Positions 9,970 through 20,375 of a DNA stretch of 21,155 bases are shown here, piece after piece. Numbering within the stretch: position 1 is the first letter of the stretch; each line of letters begins with the position of its first letter. Below the pieces are notes generated by a model. It was not told the origin of the DNA. It searched no databases and saw nothing but the letters and a program-made list of their open reading frames with translations. The DNA comes from Candidatus Velthaea sp. (GTDB lineage: Bacteria; Vulcanimicrobiota; Vulcanimicrobiia; Vulcanimicrobiales; Vulcanimicrobiaceae): the NCBI GenBank assembly GCA_965214935.1, contig CBDCCS010000029.1:1-21155 (forward strand), in the 5' to 3' direction. A program made the translations under genes and the position numbers.

Positions 9970-10830
9970 TTACGGCGTTGTCTTACCGACGCTGGTGATA
10001 GCGGCGGCGAGCTCGGTGTCTTGGGTTTGAATCATCTTTTGATTGGCGTCGAACCAGCGCTCGTTTGCGATCAGATCGACCATCGAGCTCACGACGTTGG
10101 CATTACTTTTCTCTTGCGCACCTTGCAGCACGGCCGTCTGCGTGGCGGGCTGCGGCGCCGGACCGGAATTAACGAACTTATCGGCGCCTTCGGGCCGCAA
10201 CGTGTTGAGGTTGGCGAATTCATAGACGGCGAGCTGACCGGCCGGAATTCCGTTGCCGCTCACCGTGCCGCGTGAATCGATCTTGATTGCGACGACGGCC
10301 AGCTGGCCGGCGGCCTTGCCGTCCGCGTTAACCTTGCCGGCTAAGTCGACACTCAAGCCGGATGGCGCGATGCGAACCGGCTGACCGTTCGATCCCAGCA
10401 CCGTATCGCCATCGGAGGTAATAAGCTGGTTCTGCGCGTTTTGGGTGAACGAGCCGCCGCGCGTATAGCGCGTTTGACCCACCGCGTCGCGAACGGCGAA
10501 AAACCCGGGGCCGCTCAGTGCGACGTCCATCGAGTTGCCGGTCTGCTGGATTGGGCCTTGCTCGAATACCGTCGGCGTGTCGTAGATGCGTGAGCCGAAG
10601 CCTAATTTGCCGACCGCGGTATGCGTCGGGACGCCGTTCGTGCGCCGGGCGGAATCGCGGCCCGGATCGATCTGGTCGCGGAAGATGTCGCTCGTCGGCG
10701 CCGACTCGACTTGCATGAGCGTGCGTTTGAAGCCCGACGTATTGACGTTGGCAAGGTTATTGGCAATGACGTCAACGTTGGCTTGAGCGACGATCGAGCC
10801 GGTCGCGGCCGTATAGAGTCCACGAATCAA
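9970..10830 (-). CDS. flgF: Rod protein FlgF/FlhO-like (TTG start)
   Basis: MIRGLYTAATG...ANNLANVNTSGFK, RYTRGGSF, EKSNANVV; GGAGG SD; directly upstream of flgG. Confidence 0.85.
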   Translation of the reverse strand: MIRGLYTAATGSIVAQANVDVIANNLANVNTSGFKRTLMQVESAPTSDIFRDQIDPGRDSARRTNGVPTHTAVGKLGFGSRIYDTPTVFEQGPIQQTGNSMDVALSGPGFFAVRDAVGQTRYTRGGSFTQNAQNQLITSDGDTVLGSNGQPVRIAPSGLSVDLAGKVNADGKAAGQLAVVAIKIDSRGTVSGNGIPAGQLAVYEFANLNTLRPEGADKFVNSGPAPQPATQTAVLQGAQEKSNANVVSSMVDLIANERWFDANQKMIQTQDTELAAAITSVGKTTP

Positions 10831-10948
10831 CGGTTATTCCTCCGCACAGGTGGGCGTCGCCGGTAGTCGGCGACATGCGTTACCATCAATCAATCCGGTA
10901 ACGCTGCGACTTCATCCGTGCGCGAATGTCCAGTCGCATCTGTGTGTA

Positions 10949-10975
10949 TCATCGGCGTCCCCAGTACAGACTTTA
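10949..10975 (-). promoter_or_regulatory. Sigma28-type promoter upstream of flgF
   Basis: Minus strand reads TAAAGTCT-N11-GCCGATGA, the same geometry as the flagellin promoter. Confidence 0.8.
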
Positions 10976-11021
10976 GCCGTCGTTGCCGGTTCCGTTTGGC
11001 ATGCGCGGCAGGCGGACAGAT

Positions 11022-11058
11022 AAAGAGCCCTGCTCGTAGACAACGAGCAGGGCTCTTT
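11022..11058 (-). terminator. Intrinsic terminator after fliE, possibly bidirectional
   Basis: Perfect 16-bp inverted repeat AAAGAGCCCTGCTCGT / ACGAGCAGGGCTCTTT with a 5-nt loop and short T runs on both strands. Confidence 0.8.
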
Positions 11059-11084
11059 TGGGGCCGACGCTGGGATCCGACGGA

Positions 11085-11438
11085 TCAGACCGCCATGTGC
11101 TCGACTTCGGTGTACGCTTCGATTAATTTCGTCCGGATGGCCATCGTATATTGCAGCGCTAAGTTCGCTTCTTCAACCGACGTCACGACTTTATTAATAT
11201 CGTTGGTTTTTCCGGTTGCAAGATCGCGCGTATTACTGTCGCTCGTATTGACGGCACTGTTTACGTCGCCCAGCATCGCTTTGACCGTATCGCGGAAGCT
11301 CGTGTCGCCTCCGACGCTCGGTACGTTGCCGGCCATGCCGGTGGCCGGAATTGCGGAGATCGACGGCGTCTCGGCGGCGTCCATGTCGGGCGCGAACGTT
11401 CCCGGAATGATCTTGGACATGATGCTTGCGATATTCAT
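11085..11438 (-). CDS. fliE: Hook-basal body protein FliE
   Basis: SFRDTVKAMLGDVN...LATGK...EEANLALQYTMAIRTKLIEAYTEVEHMAV; follows flgC. Confidence 0.92.
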   Translation of the reverse strand: MNIASIMSKIIPGTFAPDMDAAETPSISAIPATGMAGNVPSVGGDTSFRDTVKAMLGDVNSAVNTSDSNTRDLATGKTNDINKVVTSVEEANLALQYTMAIRTKLIEAYTEVEHMAV

Positions 11439-11878
11439 TAGGCGTGAAGGATCCCCATCGTTGCAGTACCCATGGTGCGCGACTCGGTGATCGCGGTAAC
11501 GTTCGCCTCATAGGCGCGCGAAGCAGCCATCATATCCACCATCTCCTTGACCACTTCGATGTTGGGCATGTGCACGTAGCCGCGGGCGTCGGCATCCGGG
11601 TGTGACGGATCGAAAACGAGCTTGTCGGCACTCGTGTCGCTCACGATTCCGACCGCCTGAACGCCGGCCTGTGATTTCATCGGCGAATCGTCAAGTGAGT
11701 CGCTTTGCGCTGACGCTTCGTGCTTCTGCGCGAACACCACGAGTTGGCGTTTGAACGGACCGCCTTCGGCCGTCCGCGTCGTATTCACGTTCGCTAAATT
11801 ATTTGCGATAACGTCCATGGCCAATCGTTGCGCCGATAGGCCCGAAGCCGAAACTTCGATCGAGTTATACAAACCCAC
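11438..11878 (-). CDS. flgC: Proximal rod protein FlgC
   Basis: SASGLSAQRLAMDVIANNLANVNTT, DPSHPDAD.RGYV.MPN, EMVDMMAASRAYEAN. Confidence 0.96.
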   Translation of the reverse strand: MGLYNSIEVSASGLSAQRLAMDVIANNLANVNTTRTAEGGPFKRQLVVFAQKHEASAQSDSLDDSPMKSQAGVQAVGIVSDTSADKLVFDPSHPDADARGYVHMPNIEVVKEMVDMMAASRAYEANVTAITESRTMGTATMGILHA

Positions 11879-11880
11879 GA

Positions 11881-12306
11881 TTATGCGTGCTCCTGGATGG
11901 CATCTTTGATGCGGGTGAAGGCATTGGTTTGAAGTTGGGCCATCGTTTGCGCGTAACTGGAATTGAGCGACAACTTCGCCATTTCTTGATCGATGTCGAC
12001 GTTGCTGCCGTCAGCGCGCATTTGCTGCGTTTCATCGACGGTCGTGGTGATCTCGAACGGTTCGGCCGGCGCCGCGCCGCCCATCGGCATTTGACGCGGA
12101 TCGGTCGTCAGCATTGCGAATACGTCCGGATCGCCGCTGGTGGCCTCGCTGCGCGCGAGTGCTTCTTTGAACGACACGTCGCTGCGGTGGAAGTTCGGCG
12201 TCGCAGCGTTGGCCACGTTATTCGTGATGGCGGCATGCGCGGTGCTGGCGCCGCTGATCGCGTCGCGCAGCATGTTGACGGTTTGACCGAAGCTGATATC
12301 ACCCAT
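11881..12306 (-). CDS. flgB: Proximal rod protein FlgB
   Basis: NNVANAATPNFHRSDVSF, RADGSNVDIDQEMAKL. Confidence 0.94.
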   Translation of the reverse strand: MGDISFGQTVNMLRDAISGASTAHAAITNNVANAATPNFHRSDVSFKEALARSEATSGDPDVFAMLTTDPRQMPMGGAAPAEPFEITTTVDETQQMRADGSNVDIDQEMAKLSLNSSYAQTMAQLQTNAFTRIKDAIQEHA

Positions 12307-12370
12307 TCCCTTGCTGATTCGGCTTCCGCGGCTCCCTACTTTAGGTCATGGCGTGCGCGTCGTGGTAACC

Positions 12371-14140
12371 TTACGAACGTGCGAACTGGGCCGCGTGAAG
12401 TTCGGCATACGGGCCGCCGGCGGCCAGCAGGCTCGCGTGTGTGCCGACTTCCCGCACTCGGCCGGCTTCGATGTAGAGAATCTTCGACGCCCGCCGAATC
12501 GTCGAAAGCCGATGCGCGATGATGAGCGTCGTCCGGCCGACCAGCACGCGATCCAGCGCGTCTTCGATGAGCGCCTCGGAGTGTGAATCAAGCGCGCTCG
12601 TCGCCTCATCCAAGATGAGGATGCGCGGGTCGCGCAGGATGGCGCGCGCGATCGCGATGCGCTGGCGCTGGCCGCCCGACAGCCGGATCCCGCGCTCGCC
12701 GACCACCGTCGCATACCCGTCGGCCAGCGCCGCGACGAACTCATCGGCGTTGGCCTCGGCGGCGGCGGCGCGAACCTCGGCCAGCGTAGCATCCAAACGC
12801 CCGTAGCGAATATTGTCGGCGATCGAGCCGTTGAAGAGCTGCGTTTCTTGCGGCACGATGGCGATGGCGTCGCGCAAGTCAGCCAGCCGCACGCGCGCGA
12901 TATCGATGCCGTCGACGCTTACCCGGCCGCTCTGCGGCTCGAAGAACCGCGGCACTAAATTGACGATCGTCGATTTTCCGGCGCCGGAAGGTCCAACGAG
13001 CGCGACGGTTTCGCCGTGCAGCATTTCGGCGTTAAACCCATCGAGCACCGCCGGGCTGCCGGGGGCGTAGGCGAAGCGCACGTTCTCGAAGCGAATGTCG
13101 CCGGCGATGGTGCGCAGCGGCAGCGCGCCGGGCGGATCGTCACGCTCGACCGGCAAGTCTAGTATTTCAAAGACCCGCCCGGCACCAACGAGCGCCCGCG
13201 AGAAGTCGCCTAAGAAAATCGAAAACCGATTCATCGGGTTGATCATCAATGCGACCGCACCGAAAAACGCGATCGCTTCAGGCGGCGCGATGCGTCCAAG
13301 ATAGATTTCGCGCACGATCGTCACCACCACCACGATAATGGCCAGCGACACGATGGTCGCGATAACCGGCGCCTGGGTCTGGTTGAGCTGGGTTACTTTC
13401 ATATTCGCACCGAAGAACCGTTCGTTCGCTCCGGCGAACCGGTCGCGCTCGAAGTCTTCGCGCCGGAACGCTTTCACGACGCGTTCGTTATTAAGAACTT
13501 CGGTCAGGTTGCTCGACAAGTCGGCGATTCGTTCTTGCGCGCGCCGGGTGCTGATCACCACGAGTTTGTTGAACCGGCCGATGACGATGGAAACAAACGG
13601 CGTACACACCAGCAGCACGAGCGCCAGCAGCCAATCGATCGAAATCATGTAGACCAGCGCGCATACGAACGTAACGGTTACTTGGATCATTTGCGGCAAC
13701 GAGATGCTCACCGCGTCGGTCATCAGTGCAAGGTCGCTGGAAAAGCGGGCGATGAACTCGCCCGGCCGCCATTTGTCGAACTCCAAGAGCGGCAAGCGGT
13801 TGACCCGGTCGAACAACCGGGCGCGCATCGAGGCGATCATCCGCTGACCGGCCCACGCGGTCAGGTAACTCTGGCCGAAACCGGCGACGTTGCCGATCAC
13901 TTGCGAGAAAAAGATAATGCCGCACACGAGCCACAGCCCAGCCCAGCGGACGCTCGTTGGTTGCATGACGCCGGCCGCTTCATGCTGGTATGAGATCACC
14001 TTGGTCATCAACAGCGAAGGCAGCTGGATGAGCGCGAGCGGCGCCAGACCCGCGACGACGCCCAGCAGCATCGCGATGACGAGTTTGGCATAATACGGGT
14101 GGGCTTCGCGCAGCAGCCGGCGCAGAATCTCGCGGTTCAC
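12371..14140 (-). CDS. ABC exporter with fused permease and ATPase (MsbA/Sav1866-like)
   Basis: N-terminal TM domain; Walker A GPSGAGKS, signature LSGGQRQR, Walker B ILILDE, H-loop IAHR; 589 aa. Confidence 0.93.
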   Translation of the reverse strand: MNREILRRLLREAHPYYAKLVIAMLLGVVAGLAPLALIQLPSLLMTKVISYQHEAAGVMQPTSVRWAGLWLVCGIIFFSQVIGNVAGFGQSYLTAWAGQRMIASMRARLFDRVNRLPLLEFDKWRPGEFIARFSSDLALMTDAVSISLPQMIQVTVTFVCALVYMISIDWLLALVLLVCTPFVSIVIGRFNKLVVISTRRAQERIADLSSNLTEVLNNERVVKAFRREDFERDRFAGANERFFGANMKVTQLNQTQAPVIATIVSLAIIVVVVTIVREIYLGRIAPPEAIAFFGAVALMINPMNRFSIFLGDFSRALVGAGRVFEILDLPVERDDPPGALPLRTIAGDIRFENVRFAYAPGSPAVLDGFNAEMLHGETVALVGPSGAGKSTIVNLVPRFFEPQSGRVSVDGIDIARVRLADLRDAIAIVPQETQLFNGSIADNIRYGRLDATLAEVRAAAAEANADEFVAALADGYATVVGERGIRLSGGQRQRIAIARAILRDPRILILDEATSALDSHSEALIEDALDRVLVGRTTLIIAHRLSTIRRASKILYIEAGRVREVGTHASLLAAGGPYAELHAAQFARS

Positions 14141-14225
14141 CGTTTGCGCTTTGGAGGTCGAGCGGCGAAACCTTCGTGGCGGTCAACCGGTATCTGCGGC
14201 AGTTCTTACCTGCTGGGAGGCCCCC

Positions 14226-14861
14226 GTGGATTGCTACTATCACAACGCGGTTCCGTCGGTCGCAGCTTGCGTCGACTGCCGCGAGCCTATTTGCGCGACA
14301 TGCCGGTCGGCGCAAGGCGACTGTCCGGGCTGCCGTCTCGCCGCGCGCATCAACGCCGCCGCGGGCGGTCACGAGTTACCGGGTCAGGTACCGCCGCGGC
14401 CGGCCCGGACGGCCGCGCCTCCGCCGGGCGGCTCTACGGCACCGCCGCACCCCGAACCGGCGCCCGCACCGGCGCCGGCGCCGGTCTACGCGACAAACGC
14501 CATGGCCACGGTGCGACCGGAATCGCGCGCACTCGTCGCCTTGAGTTATCCGTTTTGGCCGCTCGCGCTCTTGGCGCTGCTGGACGGCTCGCGGTCGCCG
14601 TTCGTGCAGCGTCAGGCGCTGCAAGCACTGGGCTTTAATTTCGGCGTCTATGGCCTATGGCTGGCCCTGTCGGCGATCGCCGAAATTCCGCTGATCGGTT
14701 TTTCGGCCTGGTCGCTGTTACCGCTGGTGGTCCCCGTCGCGGTCGTCGCCAGTTTTGTCTACGGTTATAAGATCTGGCAAGGCGAAGACGTGCGTGTGCC
14801 GATCGTGGGCAACTTCATCGACGGGCGGCTCGCGGCGTCGGATTCCTTTCCGCACCAGTAA
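14226..14861 (+). CDS. B-box-like zinc finger, Pro-rich linker and DUF4870/Tic20-like 3-TM domain, 211 aa
   Basis: GGAGG SD then GTG at 14226. C-x2-H-x8-C-x2-C-x4-C-x2-C-x6-C-x2-C pattern. ALSY...SPFVQRQALQAL...GEDVRVPIVG resembles DUF4870. Confidence 0.75.
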   Translation: MDCYYHNAVPSVAACVDCREPICATCRSAQGDCPGCRLAARINAAAGGHELPGQVPPRPARTAAPPPGGSTAPPHPEPAPAPAPAPVYATNAMATVRPESRALVALSYPFWPLALLALLDGSRSPFVQRQALQALGFNFGVYGLWLALSAIAEIPLIGFSAWSLLPLVVPVAVVASFVYGYKIWQGEDVRVPIVGNFIDGRLAASDSFPHQ

Positions 14862-14945
14862 GGTTCATTAACGCGCCGGCGCACCGAGCACCGGCGCGGG
14901 ACGCCTGACGTGGGATCGGGCGCAGGTAACCGCGTAGGCTCGCCC

Positions 14946-17201
<2,256 letters not shown>

Positions 17202-17207
<6 letters not shown>

Positions 17208-17585
17208 CGGAGCGAGCTGACCGGGCCGGGGTTGGAGCCGAAGCTGGTCGGGCGACACCGGTGCGCCGTCATCGACCGCGTCGCCGTCGGTGCGAAAACG
17301 TTCGGCGGATTCGATCAGCCCGGCCGGAAACGCCACATGGACGAGGATGTCGACCACGCTGCCGCCCGAGCCATTGTAGGCACCGGTGATCGTCGCGCTG
17401 CTGATTTCTTGCAAGCGCGGTGCGTCGGGCGCAATGGCGAAGCGCGTATGTTCCGCGGTCTCATAGATGATCTGCGCGCGATCGAGCTGACCGCAAAACG
17501 CCGCCGCTTCGGCCGGCTCGAGCACGGTGGCGAAGTGCTTGTAGAACACGAGTTCGTCGGCGGAAAGTTCGCGTGGCAACGGCAT
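17202..17585 (-). CDS. Hypothetical protein, 127 aa, loosely DUF6984-like
   Basis: ORF MPLPRELSADEL...GAYNGSGGSVVDILVH...GLIESAERFRTDG, convergent with the peptidase. The family resemblance is from memory only. Confidence 0.55.
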
Positions 17586-17758
17586 GGGCCGCGTTTGTCG
17601 TTTGGGCGCCGATGTTTCCTGGCCGCTAAACGAGCGGTACTCCGGCTTGTGCGACCCGACTCTCGTTCGAGCTTGCACCGTTGAAGCGATGGCCGGTCTG
17701 AAACGCATGGCGCAGCAGATACGTCTTTGGTTGTTAGCGGGCATCAACGCAGGATAAG

Positions 17759-18178
17759 ATGGGCACCTTCGACGGATTCAAACGCAGGCCGGTAGCGCCG
17801 CCGGTCTCTCCGGAGTCGCTCGCCGTGCAACGCGAACTCGCGGCGATGTTCGCCGACGGCAATGTTCCGCCGACGATCGTTGCGCGCCTGAACGCGTCGC
17901 GATCCGGCAAACGGCCGTGGATCGCGACGCTCACGCCGGCCGAATTGCACATCGTGCGCTCGCACGGAATACGACCGATCTGCGCGATTTCTGCCGCGTG
18001 TTGGACCTATCTCGCGCGACATATCGTCGTTGCAACAACAGTCGACGCCAAACCGGGCGCCACACTGCCCGCGGGAGTGTCGATGGTTGTCGACATGCAC
18101 GCCGACAAGACGCCGTTAGCGCATTCCCGCGCCCACCATCAATCGTACGAATCGAACGAACGTGAGGGAGCAATCTGA
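17759..18178 (+). CDS. Short YbjQ/UPF0145-related protein, apparently internally deleted
   Basis: The N part aligns by eye to the start, and the C part to the end, of the downstream tandem YbjQ protein. Stop overlaps the next ATG (TGATG). Confidence 0.6.
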   Translation: MGTFDGFKRRPVAPPVSPESLAVQRELAAMFADGNVPPTIVARLNASRSGKRPWIATLTPAELHIVRSHGIRPICAISAACWTYLARHIVVATTVDAKPGATLPAGVSMVVDMHADKTPLAHSRAHHQSYESNEREGAI

Positions 18179-18993
18179 TGACGAACTCGACCGCATCGGG
18201 CATTCCCGCCTTTGCCTTGAAACGTATTCGCGAGGGCAGCGGAGCGACGGACGCAGCGGCGGTGTTCACATCGGACTTTTCCGTCAACGAGTTCGTTTTG
18301 GTGCGCAAGGCTGGTTTTCAGCCGGTCGGCTTATGTATGGGCAGCTGCGTCTACCACGTCGGCATCCAGTATGGGAACTGGAGTACCAACCAAGAGCTCC
18401 AGGTATTGTCGCAGGCGATGTACCACGCGCGCGAGCTGGCCATGAGCCGCATGCGTTCGGAGGCGACCGATATGGGAGCCGACGGCATCGTCGGCGTGCG
18501 GCTGACCATCAAGCGGCTGGCGTGGAATAACGACATTCTTGAATTTATGGCGTTCGGAACCGGCGTCATCCACGAAAAAGGTCACGAAGGCTTTCGCGCA
18601 CACGATGGCGGTCCGTTTACCTCGGATCTGTCCGGACAAGATTTCTGGTCGCTCTTACACGCTGGATATCGACCCGTTGAGCTGGTGATGGGTTCGTGCG
18701 TGTATCATGTCTCACAGCGCGGTTTTACCGTCGGCAACGTGAATGTCGAGATGACGCAATTCACTGCGGCAATGTACGAAGCTCGGGAAATCGCAATGGA
18801 ACGGATGCAGTCGGAAGCAGCGGATGCGAAAGCCGAAGGCGTCGTCGGGGTCGAGATTCGCGAGGGCAGCCACAACTGGGAATCGCACGTCATTGAGTTC
18901 TTCGCGATCGGCACCGCCGTCGTGCCGCTGCACGCCGATCTCGCTCCCGAAAAGATCTCCGACCCGATCATGGTGCTCTCCGTCAACGACTAA
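18178..18993 (+). CDS. Tandem YbjQ/UPF0145 (putative heavy-metal-binding) domain protein
   Basis: Two internal repeats of FTSD.S...G..PV.L.MGSCVYHV...AMY.ARE.AM.RM.SEA....A.G.VGV...EF.A.GT.V. Confidence 0.85.
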   Translation: MTNSTASGIPAFALKRIREGSGATDAAAVFTSDFSVNEFVLVRKAGFQPVGLCMGSCVYHVGIQYGNWSTNQELQVLSQAMYHARELAMSRMRSEATDMGADGIVGVRLTIKRLAWNNDILEFMAFGTGVIHEKGHEGFRAHDGGPFTSDLSGQDFWSLLHAGYRPVELVMGSCVYHVSQRGFTVGNVNVEMTQFTAAMYEAREIAMERMQSEAADAKAEGVVGVEIREGSHNWESHVIEFFAIGTAVVPLHADLAPEKISDPIMVLSVND

Positions 18994-19171
18994 TGCGGCA
19001 CTTCGAGCGGTCGAGATGAGTTCCGATCCGTTTCGCTTCGGTTAGCATTCATTGGGCCCGCTCGGCGAAGCTCGCGCGATTGTCACGACCTGTCGTCTTG
19101 AATACAACAACGCCACGAGCGCGTACTTGTCACGATCGGCGGTGCAGAAGCGCGCGTCGTCGCGTGTCGGA

Positions 19172-19584
19172 TTAAGCCGACGCAATCCTCGCGCGCAAGT
19201 ATTCTTCGAGGCGTTCCCATATGTGTGGCGTACGGTCACACTCGTCGTGCCGGCGTGCGCGGCGAACGAGACCGCTAAACGCGTATTGAATGCGGCCACG
19301 CCGTTCATTTCAAGCACGCCTGAGGTCACGAGACGTTCGTTCGCGACGACTTCCTCGACCGTGCCCGACACGAGAACCGTCGCGTCCGAGCTTCGCATGT
19401 GAATGCGCAACGTGCCACCGGGCCGCAGATCGTGCTCGCAGACCGTCGTAAAGCCGGGCCGGCCCCACCAGTGATTCCGGTGCTCGACCTCGGTCCACAC
19501 CTTCCAAACGAGCGCGAGCGGCGCGTCGAACGTGCGCGTCTGGACGACTTCGACGGCATTGTCGGCAGTCTCGAGCTGATTCAT
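19172..19584 (-). pseudogene. SRPBCC/AHSA1-family protein, frameshifted by an apparent deletion near 19219
   Basis: TRTFDAPLALVWKVWT...WWG.PGF...DLRPGG...EVVANERLV. The terminal helix WERLEEYLRARIASA-stop lies in another frame right after RHTY. Confidence 0.7.
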
Positions 19585-19721
19585 CGGTTCCTCCGGGCTG
19601 TACGTGATGAAGGTAAGCGCCGAAGCGATCGAGGCGCTCGTCCCAGGCGCGCTGCTGTTCCTTTGGGGTCCGCCAGCGCCGCAAACGTCCGATTCAGCCC
19701 CGCTTCCTGATCGTCAACCAT
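19581..19721 (-). pseudogene. ArsR/SmtB-family regulator remnant with the HTH deleted
   Basis: MVDDQEAGLNRTFAALADP from ATG 19721 is joined out of frame near 19664 to KEQQRAWDERLDRFGAYL, the typical ends of ArsR partners of SRPBCC genes. Confidence 0.75.
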
Positions 19722-19729
19722 TTGGCTAA
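19714..19729. promoter_or_regulatory. Putative ArsR operator (imperfect palindrome over the start codon)
   Basis: TCAACC-ATTT-GGCTAA, an imperfect inverted repeat overlapping the regulator ATG. Confidence 0.5.
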
Positions 19730-19768
19730 GTACAGCTTCACGTCTAAAATATTTACGTTCGAGTCGGA

Positions 19769-20188
19769 CTACGTATCGCTGCGAAAATCATAGAATACAC
19801 GCAGGAGGTTGCCATCGAGATCGGCCGCGACAAACTCGCGTAGCTTCCAAGGTGTGTCCGCGGGTGCGGCAACGATCTTCGCTTGCCGAACCGTCCATTC
19901 TGTGAACAGCTCGTCCACCGCCGCCTTGCTGTCGAGATTGAACCAGCAAAGAATCGGTCCACGATTACCGTAGCGCTCTCGAAAGGGGCGATTGGTTATG
20001 AAGAGTCGACAATTTCCCCGCGAAACGCCGGCAATGCCGCCGGTATCATCCCCCCAATCAAACGTAAATCCCAGCGCGTTGACGTAGTACGCCGCGGCTC
20101 GGTCGACGTTGGCCGCCGGGATCTCGGGGACGGAAGCGGGGAACGACATCGGATCGTTGGTTTCATTCACGGCTACCGCGCTCTTCAT
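19769..20188 (-). CDS. VOC / glyoxalase-bleomycin resistance family protein, 139 aa
   Basis: PEIPAANVDRAAAYYVNALGF...PADTPWKLREFVAADLDGNLLRVF; GAGGAG SD before ATG 20188. Confidence 0.88.
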   Translation of the reverse strand: MKSAVAVNETNDPMSFPASVPEIPAANVDRAAAYYVNALGFTFDWGDDTGGIAGVSRGNCRLFITNRPFRERYGNRGPILCWFNLDSKAAVDELFTEWTVRQAKIVAAPADTPWKLREFVAADLDGNLLRVFYDFRSDT

Positions 20189-20375
20189 GCGTGCGGTACT
20201 CCTCATTAGGCGGCGAACGACGCGATTGAAAAGCGCGCTCATCGAAAAGCTAAGGTGATCGTGGCTGACTGGAAGCGATTGTAGCCGCCGGCACGCAGTC
20301 GCAGCGTAGCGCATGTCACGAAAGTCTTGCGGGGCCCGACCGGCGGGCCGGCGCAGATCGCCGTCCCCGTTGCTT

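Noticed and set aside
14440..14485. Repetitive CCGGCG tract as a DNA repeat element
   Set aside because: It encodes the PEPAPAPAPAP linker.
17584..17757. 57-aa plus-strand ORF ending 1 nt before the YbjQ-like gene
   Set aside because: No SD, no recognisable motif, and its start overlaps the divergent gene start.
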